Shown: positions 16,256 to 25,313 of the stretch, piece after piece
How the letters are laid out: each line of letters starts with the position of its first letter
Numbering within the stretch: the first letter of the stretch is position 1
Program-made: the position numbers and the translations under genes
The notes under the pieces: model-generated
What the model saw: only the letters and a program-made list of their open reading frames with translations
What the model was told of the DNA's origin: nothing
Databases searched by the model: none
From: Candidatus Uhrbacteria bacterium
Lineage (GTDB): Bacteria > Patescibacteriota > Patescibacteriia > UBA9934 > GWF2-40-263
Direction: 5' to 3'
NCBI GenBank assembly: GCA_023246355.1
Contig: JAHFIQ010000001.1
Location: 145,887-209,886 of the forward strand
DNA: 64,000 nt

Positions 16256-19098
16256 AAATTCACATCCTTCATCCTCTTCGCGATGAACCTTGGGGTGGTG
16301 GAAACCAATTCCTTAAGGCGCTTAAAGCCGAGTGGACACGGCAAGGTGTTTTGAGCCTCACGGCTGAGGAGGCAGATGTGATTCTCATCAACAGTTATCC
16401 GTTTGGTGAGGAACACCTCTTTGATACCTTGTGGCGGATCAAAAAAATGCACCCAGAAAAAATCGTGGTCTACCGATTGGACGGCCCCATTTCTTTTATT
16501 CGACAAAATGATACAGAGGTTGATCGCATCATCCGTACGTGGAATCATCTCATTGCTGATGGAATCATTTTTCAGTCCTCTTGGTGTGAAGAAAAAAATA
16601 GAGAGACGTTTCAAATTTCCTCTGCCTATCAGTCCGTCATCCACAATGCTCCGGATCCAACGATCTTCTATCCAAGTCAAAAGAACCATCTACCCAGCCA
16701 ACGCATCAAACTGATCGCGACAAGCTGGTCCGCCAACCTGCGCAAGGGATTTGATCTCTATACCTATCTCGACCAGAACCTCGACTTCTCTCGGTATGAA
16801 ATGACGTTCGTTGGTAATTCCCCGGTCAAATTTACTCACATCAAAATGATCGAACCCCTTTGCTCACAGGATCTGGCCTCTCTTTTAAGAACACAGGATC
16901 TCTTCATCACCGCATCAAAATCTGATCCTTGCTCGAACTCTCTTATTGAAGCTCTTTCCTGCGGACTCCCAGCCGTAGCCATCAATGATGGTGGACACCC
17001 AGAACTGATCCGACATGGCGGAGAACTTTTCAAGGATACTCAAGACGTCCTGGAAAAAATTGATCGCGTTGCCAATGCCTATGCTTCCTACCGAGCACAA
17101 CTTCCCGTGTTTGATATTTCCACAGTGGCACACCGCTACTTCGACTTCTGCGAAAATCTCTGGCTGGAAACACAAAAAAAGCGATACACCCCTAAACAGA
17201 CTCGTCCTGTCGGCTTGATCAAACTCAAAGGGCAAATCCTTACGTGGACCATAAAAAAGAACCTTGGAGCGATTCGAAAAAAAACGCATTCTTTTCTTCG
17301 CTTCTCGCCTATGCCCCAGCAACGTCTTCCACATCTCATTCGGGTGATCTCTACGGGTTTCCGCGACTATCGAAAGGCGCTCATCATTCTCACGCTTCTG
17401 GGCTTCCTCGGAAGTCTGTTCGAAATTATCGGTATCAATGCTCTCATTCCTCTCCTGAGCTTTGTCCTCAAAGAAACATCGAATGAGATGAATCTCATTA
17501 CGGAGACGACCCAGCGGGTCTTTTCATTCTTCCACGTCAGTTTTGGCATCCAAGCGCTTCTCATTTTTATTTCCCTGCTCTTCATTTCTAAAGCGGCTGT
17601 CCTCCTTTTCTTTCAATACGTGCACATTCACGTCATTACGGATTATGAAAGCCAAGAGCGAAGCAGGTTGCTAAAAAAAATGCTCACGGCTGAGTGGTCC
17701 TTTCTCTCCACGCGAAAAATGGGATACCTAGACCAGGTCATCACACAGGATATTACCTGCGCCACCTACGTACTCAGAGATGTAGGTCGACTTATCCTCA
17801 TCCTCACCAACCTTCTCATCTATACAATCGTTGCCCTCACGATTTCACCAACGATCACCCTGATGACCCTCGTAACTGGAACCCTGTTCTTTTTCGGCTT
17901 TAAACCCTTGTTTAAAAAAACATCCAACACAGCACGAGCGTTTACCAACGACAGCAAACGTGTCTCGCATTTTATCAATCAAATTCTCCTTGGATTTAAA
18001 TCCATCAAAACCCAAGCCACGCTGTCTTTGGTTGTCAGTCAGGGCGAACAGCTATTCAGTCTTCTGAAAAAATCCCGTGTGAACCTCTACCTGTACTCGG
18101 GACTTGGCGGCATTATCGGTGAACCCATGATCATGATCTTTCTGCTACTCATGTTTGCTGTCTCTTACTCCTTACCGAACTTCAACTTTGGTGTTTTCAC
18201 CGTCACGCTCTATCTGATGCATAAAATGTTCAACTACGTACAAAGTGCCCAAGGAAAATTCCAAACCATCAGCGAATACCTTCCACATCTGGAAAGTAGC
18301 ATTCAACATCTTGCCGATGCACAGCAACATCAAGAACAGAAGGAGGGAACCCAACCCTTTACATTTCAGCACACCCTTGAATTTCAAGGTGTTGGATTCA
18401 AATACCAGGATCATCAGGACGTCCTAACGAACATTCAATTCAGAATACACAAGGGAGAAATGATTGGCCTCATTGGACCTTCAGGTTCAGGGAAAACAAC
18501 GATTATTGATCTGCTGTTGCGTCTCCTCGAACCCACGACTGGTTCAATTCTGATGGATGACAAACCTCTCAAAACGATGGCGTTAGACGCCTGGAGAAAA
18601 AACATCGGGTACGTCCCTCAAGATCTTTTTTTGTTAAACGAGTCCATTAAGGAAAACATTCGTTTTTTTGATGAAAGGATCACGGATCAGGACATACAAA
18701 ATGCCGCGACTGCTTCCCATCTTGACGAGTTTCTTAAGAACGAGCCCAATGGACTTGAGACACAGGTAGGTGAACGTGGCATCCACCTATCGGTAGGACA
18801 GCGACAACGCATCGTTCTTGCAAGAGCCCTTGTGAGAAAACCAGAAATTCTCATCCTTGATGAAGCCACCAGTGCTCTTGATCACGCGTCCGAAGAAGCC
18901 GTACAACGCACCCTGAAAAAACTCAAGGGACACATGACGATCATTCTCATTGCTCATCGACCATCAACCCTGCTGGATGTCGACCGCCTTGTGACCATCG
19001 CTCATGGCGTGACGACTGAATGTGGTACTCCAACGGATCTGCTCAATAACCCGTCCTCCTATTTTTCTCAGATGCACCATCCTCAACGGGCATCGTGA
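16252..19098 (+). CDS. Fusion protein: N-terminal GT-B glycosyltransferase domain + complete ABC exporter half-transporter (6-TM MsbA-like TMD + NBD)
   Basis: aa 1-330 are GT-like (SKSDPCSNSLIEALSCGLPAVAINDGGHPELI). aa 350-650 hold hydrophobic ABC_membrane helices. The NBD has Walker A GPSGSGKTT, the signature LSVGQRQR, Walker B ILILDEATSALD and the H-loop IAHR. The start has an ATGA overlap with the upstream stop. Confidence 0.75.
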   Translation: MKIHILHPLRDEPWGGGNQFLKALKAEWTRQGVLSLTAEEADVILINSYPFGEEHLFDTLWRIKKMHPEKIVVYRLDGPISFIRQNDTEVDRIIRTWNHLIADGIIFQSSWCEEKNRETFQISSAYQSVIHNAPDPTIFYPSQKNHLPSQRIKLIATSWSANLRKGFDLYTYLDQNLDFSRYEMTFVGNSPVKFTHIKMIEPLCSQDLASLLRTQDLFITASKSDPCSNSLIEALSCGLPAVAINDGGHPELIRHGGELFKDTQDVLEKIDRVANAYASYRAQLPVFDISTVAHRYFDFCENLWLETQKKRYTPKQTRPVGLIKLKGQILTWTIKKNLGAIRKKTHSFLRFSPMPQQRLPHLIRVISTGFRDYRKALIILTLLGFLGSLFEIIGINALIPLLSFVLKETSNEMNLITETTQRVFSFFHVSFGIQALLIFISLLFISKAAVLLFFQYVHIHVITDYESQERSRLLKKMLTAEWSFLSTRKMGYLDQVITQDITCATYVLRDVGRLILILTNLLIYTIVALTISPTITLMTLVTGTLFFFGFKPLFKKTSNTARAFTNDSKRVSHFINQILLGFKSIKTQATLSLVVSQGEQLFSLLKKSRVNLYLYSGLGGIIGEPMIMIFLLLMFAVSYSLPNFNFGVFTVTLYLMHKMFNYVQSAQGKFQTISEYLPHLESSIQHLADAQQHQEQKEGTQPFTFQHTLEFQGVGFKYQDHQDVLTNIQFRIHKGEMIGLIGPSGSGKTTIIDLLLRLLEPTTGSILMDDKPLKTMALDAWRKNIGYVPQDLFLLNESIKENIRFFDERITDQDIQNAATASHLDEFLKNEPNGLETQVGERGIHLSVGQRQRIVLARALVRKPEILILDEATSALDHASEEAVQRTLKKLKGHMTIILIAHRPSTLLDVDRLVTIAHGVTTECGTPTDLLNNPSSYFSQMHHPQRAS

Positions 19099-20237
19099 AC
19101 TCCCCTATGGTCTTGCTCTATTTATTCGCAAACGCAAAAGCCAGACAACAACCAACCAGTGGCAAGACTCCTTCTTCACAACGATTTTCCTTCTACGGGC
19201 TGGACGCGTTTTCACTGTCTAGCGAACATACGGTCTTAGACACACTCAACGACGAAGCTGCCTTGGAAACACACAGACGTGGAAAAATCATCGACGCCCT
19301 CTGCAATGGGATCCTGCATTACGTGGGTGGATCAGGTGGATCTTGGTACAAGCTCTGGCGCATGCGTAAGGCTATGAGCCAGTCTGATACGGTTGTTGCT
19401 ACCGCAGATCGGGTGGGAATACCTCTTGTTCTGCTTTCCTATTTTCATCTCATCCCCAAACGTCGAATAGTGTATGTGAGTATTGGATTACCAGAAAGAC
19501 TGCAAACCCTTAAACCTTTTTTTCGGCGTCTGTATCTCAACGCATTCCACCATGTGACCGATGAGGTCATCTGCTACGGCCACAAAGAACATCTGTTACT
19601 TCAACACGATCTTGGCCTACAAAAACCCAGGGTTTGGTTTGTGCCCTTTGGCGTGGACACGAACACCCTCATACCACAGGACCCCTCCACAGGACAGACG
19701 ATTGTCTGTGTTGGCGCTGATCCTCATAGGGACTTCCATTCACTCTTCATCCTGGCTGAGCGGCATCCGATGACCCCTTTCTTGGTCATCACCTCACGTG
19801 CACATCAACGGAAATGGAAGAGACTCAAGGTATCGATTCCAACCAACGTCACGCTCCAGTACGATCTTCCCTTTGTTGAAACGATGGAGGCAGTATCCCA
19901 ATCCAAATTTGTTGTACTCCCGGTGTTTGAAAATTCGTATTCCGGAGCAACCACAACCCTCTTGCAAGCGATGGCATTAGGAAAAGCCGTCATTGTGACC
20001 AAGACGGGTGCCATCGCAGATGGCTATCATCTTGCACACGAACAGAATGTTCTTTTCGTGCCACCAGAAGATATCGAGGCTTTAGATGTTGCCTTTACAC
20101 GCCTCTCAACGGACCCAGCATTGAGAATGGCACTGGGGGCAGCTGCCAGAGAAACCGTTGCGCGACATCTGAACTGGCAGAGGTATTCACATCAGATGTA
20201 TTCGATCATTACAGGGCATCAAACGTCTCCTCATTGA
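19095..20237 (+). CDS. Glycosyltransferase (GT-B, GT4/GT1-like)
   Basis: The C-terminal region reads VLPVFENSYSGATTTLLQAMALGKAVIVTKTGAIADGY. The GTG start overlaps the upstream TGA. ATG at 19107 is an alternative start. Confidence 0.55.
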   Translation: MNSPMVLLYLFANAKARQQPTSGKTPSSQRFSFYGLDAFSLSSEHTVLDTLNDEAALETHRRGKIIDALCNGILHYVGGSGGSWYKLWRMRKAMSQSDTVVATADRVGIPLVLLSYFHLIPKRRIVYVSIGLPERLQTLKPFFRRLYLNAFHHVTDEVICYGHKEHLLLQHDLGLQKPRVWFVPFGVDTNTLIPQDPSTGQTIVCVGADPHRDFHSLFILAERHPMTPFLVITSRAHQRKWKRLKVSIPTNVTLQYDLPFVETMEAVSQSKFVVLPVFENSYSGATTTLLQAMALGKAVIVTKTGAIADGYHLAHEQNVLFVPPEDIEALDVAFTRLSTDPALRMALGAAARETVARHLNWQRYSHQMYSIITGHQTSPH

Positions 20238-20284
20238 CCTCTCCACACGTCTGTGAAAACATGCAGACACGTTGGTATTTCTCT

Positions 20285-21358
20285 ATGCAACACATCGCTC
20301 TTATTGGCTGCGGAAGAGTCGCCTCACATATCGCACAATTTTTGGAACAGGGAATGCGCGGCGTTCAGGTCATACACGTTTGTGACATCGTCACCGAACG
20401 AGCAGATGCCATGGCCTTGCGGCTTGGGACTCACGCCGTCTATGACATGAGTGAGGTGTTACAAAACCCCGACGTGACGACGGTTTTGATTCTCACTGAA
20501 TCAGGAAATCATGGAACCCACGCACGTGAAGCCTTGCTTGCTGGCAAACATGTGATCGTTGAAAAGCCGATCGGATTAATTCCTGATGAGGTCATCGAAA
20601 ACGAACGCATCGCGAGAGAGAAAAACCTCCTGTATGCCGCCATCAAACAAAACAGATTTAATCCCGCGATCGAGCAATTAAAAAAAACATCTGACGCAGG
20701 ACGCTTTGGAAAACTGGTCCTTGGAAGTATTCGACTGATCTGGTGCAGACCGCAAGCCTACTACGAGGATGGCTGGCACGGCACCTGGGCCATGGACGGA
20801 GGGGTTATCAGCCAACAAGCCATCCATCATATCGATGCTCTCCAATGGATCTGTGGTCCAATCACCGAGGTTGTGAGCGCACAAACAAATGCGTTGAACC
20901 GCCTGGAAGCTGAGGACACAACCGTGGCTCTTGTTCGATTCCAAAACGGAGGGCTTGGAACGATTGAGGCAACAACCGCCGCACGGCCGACGGATAAAGA
21001 AGCATCGATCACGATCGTTGGAGAAAAAGGCATGGCACAGATTGGTGGCGTGGCACTAAACAACATCACCCAATGGGAATTTACAGAACCACACCCAGAG
21101 GATCAAAACACACAGAAGCACTACTCACAAGAAGTTCCAAATGGATATGGTCTTTCACACGGACCCCTCCTCCAGGAAATCTTCGACCGTCTCAACCGGG
21201 GAAACATCATCCCCCCCATTACGGCATTGGATGCGCTATCGAGCGTACGGATCGTTCACGCCCTGTACAAAAGCGCCGAGGAACATCGCTGGGTAACGGT
21301 GGATGAACAGGTCCGTTCTGCGCGTTTGGGAAATCCATCCACGCGAGCAACTGTATGA
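20285..21358 (+). CDS. Gfo/Idh/MocA family NAD(P)-dependent sugar oxidoreductase
   Basis: The start is trimmed to MQHIALIGCGRVASHIA (dinucleotide-binding N-terminus). LLAGKHVIVEKPIGLIPDE is the EKP motif. The C-terminal alpha/beta dimerisation domain is present. Confidence 0.75.
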   Translation: MQHIALIGCGRVASHIAQFLEQGMRGVQVIHVCDIVTERADAMALRLGTHAVYDMSEVLQNPDVTTVLILTESGNHGTHAREALLAGKHVIVEKPIGLIPDEVIENERIAREKNLLYAAIKQNRFNPAIEQLKKTSDAGRFGKLVLGSIRLIWCRPQAYYEDGWHGTWAMDGGVISQQAIHHIDALQWICGPITEVVSAQTNALNRLEAEDTTVALVRFQNGGLGTIEATTAARPTDKEASITIVGEKGMAQIGGVALNNITQWEFTEPHPEDQNTQKHYSQEVPNGYGLSHGPLLQEIFDRLNRGNIIPPITALDALSSVRIVHALYKSAEEHRWVTVDEQVRSARLGNPSTRATV

Positions 21359-22269
21359 CCAGTCCTCTGCTCAACGCTGTCGACAATGGCGCCGCTTTGA
21401 ATCTGGGTGATTCCCTGTATTACGCCGCCATCCTCGGAACACACCCTTCCAAAGGAGCTCGCTCCCCGGTTTTATGGAATGCGGCTTTCAAAAACCTTGG
21501 AATCGACGCGCAGATGCATCCCATGGATGTCACGGCTGAAAACCTTCCGTTCGTTATAGACGAACTGAAAAAAGACCCTCGATTCATCGGAGGCGCCGTC
21601 ACCACCCCCCACAAACAAACCATCAGTTCACTGTTGGACGCACTCGAGGAAGAGGCCGAACTCATCGGCGCAGTAAATGCTCTCTATCGCAAGGATGGAA
21701 AACTCGTGGGAGCAAATACTGATGGTGCAGCAGCCCTGAAAAGTTTAGAAGCACACGCGGGTTCCATCCATGGAAAGACCGTTCTTCTCCTGGGTCTGGG
21801 AGGAGCCGGACGAGCCGTTGGGATCTATCTTGCCCGAGCGATCGGCAAAGAAGGCAAGCTGCTGCTCAGCAACCGAACGATCGACGTCGCCCAAAACGTC
21901 CAAGAAAAAACAGCATCATTTTGTCCCACAACGGTGATTCCTTGGCCTGTGGATGCGATAACCCTCTCACAATCTGATATCCTCATAAACGCCACAACCA
22001 TTGGCTTTGCAGGATCGGGGCAAGAGGATTTCTCTCCCATTGATGCCACTCTGATGCTGTCGCTTAGGCCAACCTCATTCGTCTTTGACCTCATCTATCA
22101 ACCCTTGGAGAGTCCTTTGCTGCGGCTTGCGCGGACGCGAGGGGCACAAACAATCAACGGCAAAGAGATGAACCTCGAGCAAGCCATCATTGCCTTTGAA
22201 AAAGCTGCTCGTGGAGTGGGGCAACAAGTTCCCGAAGGTTCGGTAAAGCCTCTCATGCAATCCGTTTAA
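21355..22269 (+). CDS. Shikimate/quinate 5-dehydrogenase (AroE) family reductase
   Basis: GTHPSKGARSPVLWNAAF matches G-x-P-x-x-HS-x-SP-x-x-HN. VTTPHK carries the catalytic Lys. NTDG carries the catalytic Asp. LGLGGAGRAVGIYL is a Rossmann motif. NRT and INATTIG are present. The start has an ATGA overlap. Confidence 0.7.
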   Translation: MTSPLLNAVDNGAALNLGDSLYYAAILGTHPSKGARSPVLWNAAFKNLGIDAQMHPMDVTAENLPFVIDELKKDPRFIGGAVTTPHKQTISSLLDALEEEAELIGAVNALYRKDGKLVGANTDGAAALKSLEAHAGSIHGKTVLLLGLGGAGRAVGIYLARAIGKEGKLLLSNRTIDVAQNVQEKTASFCPTTVIPWPVDAITLSQSDILINATTIGFAGSGQEDFSPIDATLMLSLRPTSFVFDLIYQPLESPLLRLARTRGAQTINGKEMNLEQAIIAFEKAARGVGQQVPEGSVKPLMQSV

Positions 22270-22278
22270 CATTTTTCT

Positions 22279-23205
22279 ATGAAAGACATTAGTGAAACCG
22301 ATCTCAAAAATAACCTTCCACTCTCCTGCAAACCTGGAATGAAGATTCCTGTGCACGTAGGCAACACCCAGGTGGGTGGCGAGGGACTCACGATCATGGC
22401 AGGACCGTGCACGGTGGAGAGTCGTGAACAAGTTTTCTCAATCGCGAAGGCTGTGAAAAATGCCGGAGCGACGATTCTTCGTGGGGGCGTCTTCAAACCT
22501 CTCACCTTCCCTTACGGAGACCCACTCTTACTCGCCGACGCTGGGACAGACGGAGAAAACCTTCCTCGCACACACATTCTTTCCAAACAAGAAACCCTTG
22601 AACGGGCAGAGCGCCGATTCAGGTATTTTGCTGAGGCAGGAAAATCCGTTGGACTCCCAATTGTTTCAGAAGCAATTGTGGCGGATGCGATTGAGATGAT
22701 GGAGCCATATGTGGACATGTTCCAAGTCGGCTATCGATCCATGTTCAACATGGACTTGCTCTATCGCTTATGCAAAACCGAAAAGCCCGTGCTCTTGAAA
22801 CGTCATGCGGGAGAATCGATCCGAAGCCTTTTGGGAGTGGTCGAACATTTCTATGCACGTGGAAAAACAAACCTCGTGGTCTGTGAGCGTGGCGTTGCTG
22901 TCCCACACACGCACAATAGTGCTTCTCGCGCCATCCTGGATATCCAAGCGATTGTCGCTCTGAATGAATACGCCCCTACCATTCCGGTGATCGCTGATCC
23001 AAGCCACTCCACGTTTAAACGGTCGTACGTTCAAGCGATGAGCCGCGCGGCGATAGCCGCTGGAGCCGACGGTCTTCTGATCGATGTCCATCCTGATCCA
23101 GAACACGCTTGGGTCGATCCGCTCCAAGCGCTCAATTTTGATCAGTTTGGCGAACTCATGAAGGATGTACGATCCATCGCTCTCACGGTCGGCAGAACTC
23201 TATGA
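22279..23205 (+). CDS. DAHP synthase type I-beta / KDO8P synthase family PEP-aldolase with a divergent phosphate-binding motif
   Basis: [50 protein letters not shown] and [40 protein letters not shown] align closely with type I-beta DAHPS / KdsA. The canonical KPRTSPYSFQG motif is [10 protein letters not shown] here. Confidence 0.7.
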   Translation: MKDISETDLKNNLPLSCKPGMKIPVHVGNTQVGGEGLTIMAGPCTVESREQVFSIAKAVKNAGATILRGGVFKPLTFPYGDPLLLADAGTDGENLPRTHILSKQETLERAERRFRYFAEAGKSVGLPIVSEAIVADAIEMMEPYVDMFQVGYRSMFNMDLLYRLCKTEKPVLLKRHAGESIRSLLGVVEHFYARGKTNLVVCERGVAVPHTHNSASRAILDIQAIVALNEYAPTIPVIADPSHSTFKRSYVQAMSRAAIAAGADGLLIDVHPDPEHAWVDPLQALNFDQFGELMKDVRSIALTVGRTL

Positions 23206-24611
23206 CCCAACCGCTCGTCTCCATCATCATACGCACAAAAAACGAGGAGGCATGGATCGGCCGCACCCTTCGTGCTGTTGAAACTCAAACATACCGAAAT
23301 TACGAAGTCATTATTGTGGACACAGGATCTACAGATCGCACGCTTGAAATCGCAAAAAAATTTCCCTGCCAGATTGTGTGCGACGAAACAGTTCCCTATC
23401 GTCCGGGTCGTGTGCTCAACAGAGGCATCCACGCATCGAACGGTTCGTTGTTGGTTCTCTTATCTGCTCATGCCGTCCCAGTGGATGAGACATGGCTTGC
23501 ACAACTGGTCTCCACCATTTTGGAAGACGAACAAACCGCTGGGGTCTATGGGCGTCAACTCCCGCTTCCCGAATCCTCTCCGTTTGATAAGCGTGATCTG
23601 TTGATCACCTTTGGACCAGAAAAAAGGGTTCAGCGAAAAGACAACTTTTTCCATAACGCAAATGCGATTATTCGTCGCGACCTGTGGGAACGCATACCGT
23701 TTGACGAGACGGCAACCAATATTGAAGACCGTCTCTGGACCAAGGCGGTTCAAGAACATGGATTTTCTGTAACCTACGAACCCGAAGCACGCGTCTATCA
23801 CCATCATGGCATCCATCAATACGGAAACGTCAGCCGTTGTGAAACCACCGTGACTATTTTAGAACAGTTAGAAACGGTTGGTGTCTCGGCACAGGAGATG
23901 GATCATCAACTTGCATACGAGGGCGCACAACAGATGCTCACCATCTTGCCTATGAGCCATGAGGACACGGAACGGCTGTTGGAAATCCCCTATGGATCTG
24001 ATCAACCATTTCTTAACCATGTCCTGAGGGAAATCGCGCGATCCTCACTGATCCACCGGGTCGTTGTGGCAACCGCACATCCAATCGCCCTTGAACTGGC
24101 GAAGACGTTTGGATTTGAAACGTTTTTTTATCTGACACCCATGTTCAATGGTCCAGAAGCCTCTTTAGAAGAGGTCCTTCAAGCCACACTCACGTTTGTT
24201 AAAGAAACATCTGGGTTCACCCCTTCGCATGTCCTTTTTTTGAAAGGAACCCACGTCTTTCGCAGCGCGGAACTCATGAATGCGCTTATCAAAAAAGCGT
24301 TCATCGAAAAGGAAGACTCTGTCTTTGTGGCAAGAAAAGAATACCGCGCCGTGTGGGCTTTAGAGCAAGGGACGTTCGTGCGCAAGGACAGTGGCTTTAT
24401 CAAACACGAACAAAAAGAGCCACTCTGGATGGGATACATGGGTCTAGGATGCATCACCAAAACAGCGTTCATCCAAGCTGGAAATCGATTAGGAGAATCG
24501 GTAGCCGTTGTCCCCATGAATAACGCCTTGATGCTCCTGGACATCCAGAATGCTACAGAGCGGGAAATGGCAAAACATCTGTTCGTAAAACGCCACGACA
24601 TGCATCTATGA
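23202..24611 (+). CDS. GT2 (GT-A) glycosyltransferase fused to a C-terminal degenerate NeuA/SpsF-like cytidylyltransferase domain
   Basis: The N-terminus [42 protein letters not shown] is a GT2 signature. The C-terminal half ([20 protein letters not shown]...[24 protein letters not shown]) has the same layout as the next gene. ATGA overlap. Confidence 0.6.
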   Translation: MTQPLVSIIIRTKNEEAWIGRTLRAVETQTYRNYEVIIVDTGSTDRTLEIAKKFPCQIVCDETVPYRPGRVLNRGIHASNGSLLVLLSAHAVPVDETWLAQLVSTILEDEQTAGVYGRQLPLPESSPFDKRDLLITFGPEKRVQRKDNFFHNANAIIRRDLWERIPFDETATNIEDRLWTKAVQEHGFSVTYEPEARVYHHHGIHQYGNVSRCETTVTILEQLETVGVSAQEMDHQLAYEGAQQMLTILPMSHEDTERLLEIPYGSDQPFLNHVLREIARSSLIHRVVVATAHPIALELAKTFGFETFFYLTPMFNGPEASLEEVLQATLTFVKETSGFTPSHVLFLKGTHVFRSAELMNALIKKAFIEKEDSVFVARKEYRAVWALEQGTFVRKDSGFIKHEQKEPLWMGYMGLGCITKTAFIQAGNRLGESVAVVPMNNALMLLDIQNATEREMAKHLFVKRHDMHL

Positions 24612-25309
24612 ACCCGCCAAACATTGTCGCCATTGTCCCTGCCAGAGGTGGATCAAAAGGGCTTCCAAAAAAAAATCTGCAACTTCTCAATGGACATCCG
24701 TTGATCACCTATGCGATTGCTGCGGCAAAACGCTGTGAACGAATCGCGCGCGTAATCGTCGCAACAGACGATCAAACAATTGCTGATGTTGCCGTACGCT
24801 CTGGAGCAGAGGTTCCCTTCTTGTTGCCACAGGATCTCGTCCAAGACCATACACGTTTGGAAGACACGTTTGCCTATGTCACGCAGTGGCTGCTCAAACA
24901 AGATCCTACGATTGAGTACATCTGCTTTGTTGATCCCACGCGACCTGTTCGACCACCTCATTTCTTGAATGATGCCCTGGGAGCTCTTCTTGAGAGTGGC
25001 CAGGATTCCGTCATCAGCGGAGTACACGAACATAAGTCGGTCTGGAAAAAAACAGATGCTCGGCTTGAACGGCTGGATAGTGGATTTACTGTTCGGCAAC
25101 TCAAGCCTGACCAGATCTACGTGTGCTATAGCGGCCTAATCACATGCACGAAAGCCTCGTTCATGGCAAAGGGAGAACGTCTGGGTCCCACTGTTCTTAT
25201 CTGGGAATTCGATGACCACAACATGACCGTCGACGTTCACACCAAGGACGACCTGCGTTTAGCCGAGCTGATTCTCAACGAGTGGCGTGACCGCTATGTG
25301 ATACCGTAG
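24608..25309 (+). CDS. CMP-sugar cytidylyltransferase (acylneuraminate cytidylyltransferase NeuA/PseF family)
   Basis: VAIVPARGGSKGLPKKNLQLLNGHPLITYAIAAAKRCERIARVIVATDD is the CTP_transf_3 P-loop. ATGA overlap. Confidence 0.75.
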   Translation: MNPPNIVAIVPARGGSKGLPKKNLQLLNGHPLITYAIAAAKRCERIARVIVATDDQTIADVAVRSGAEVPFLLPQDLVQDHTRLEDTFAYVTQWLLKQDPTIEYICFVDPTRPVRPPHFLNDALGALLESGQDSVISGVHEHKSVWKKTDARLERLDSGFTVRQLKPDQIYVCYSGLITCTKASFMAKGERLGPTVLIWEFDDHNMTVDVHTKDDLRLAELILNEWRDRYVIP

Positions 25310-25313
25310 ATGT

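Noticed and set aside
21355-23205. Reading the AroE-like and DAHPS-like genes as a fragment of the shikimate pathway
   Set aside because: No other shikimate genes are adjacent. Both genes are translationally coupled to glycosyltransferases and NeuA-like enzymes. The DAHPS E4P-phosphate motif is altered. I kept it as an alternative to be tested genome-wide.
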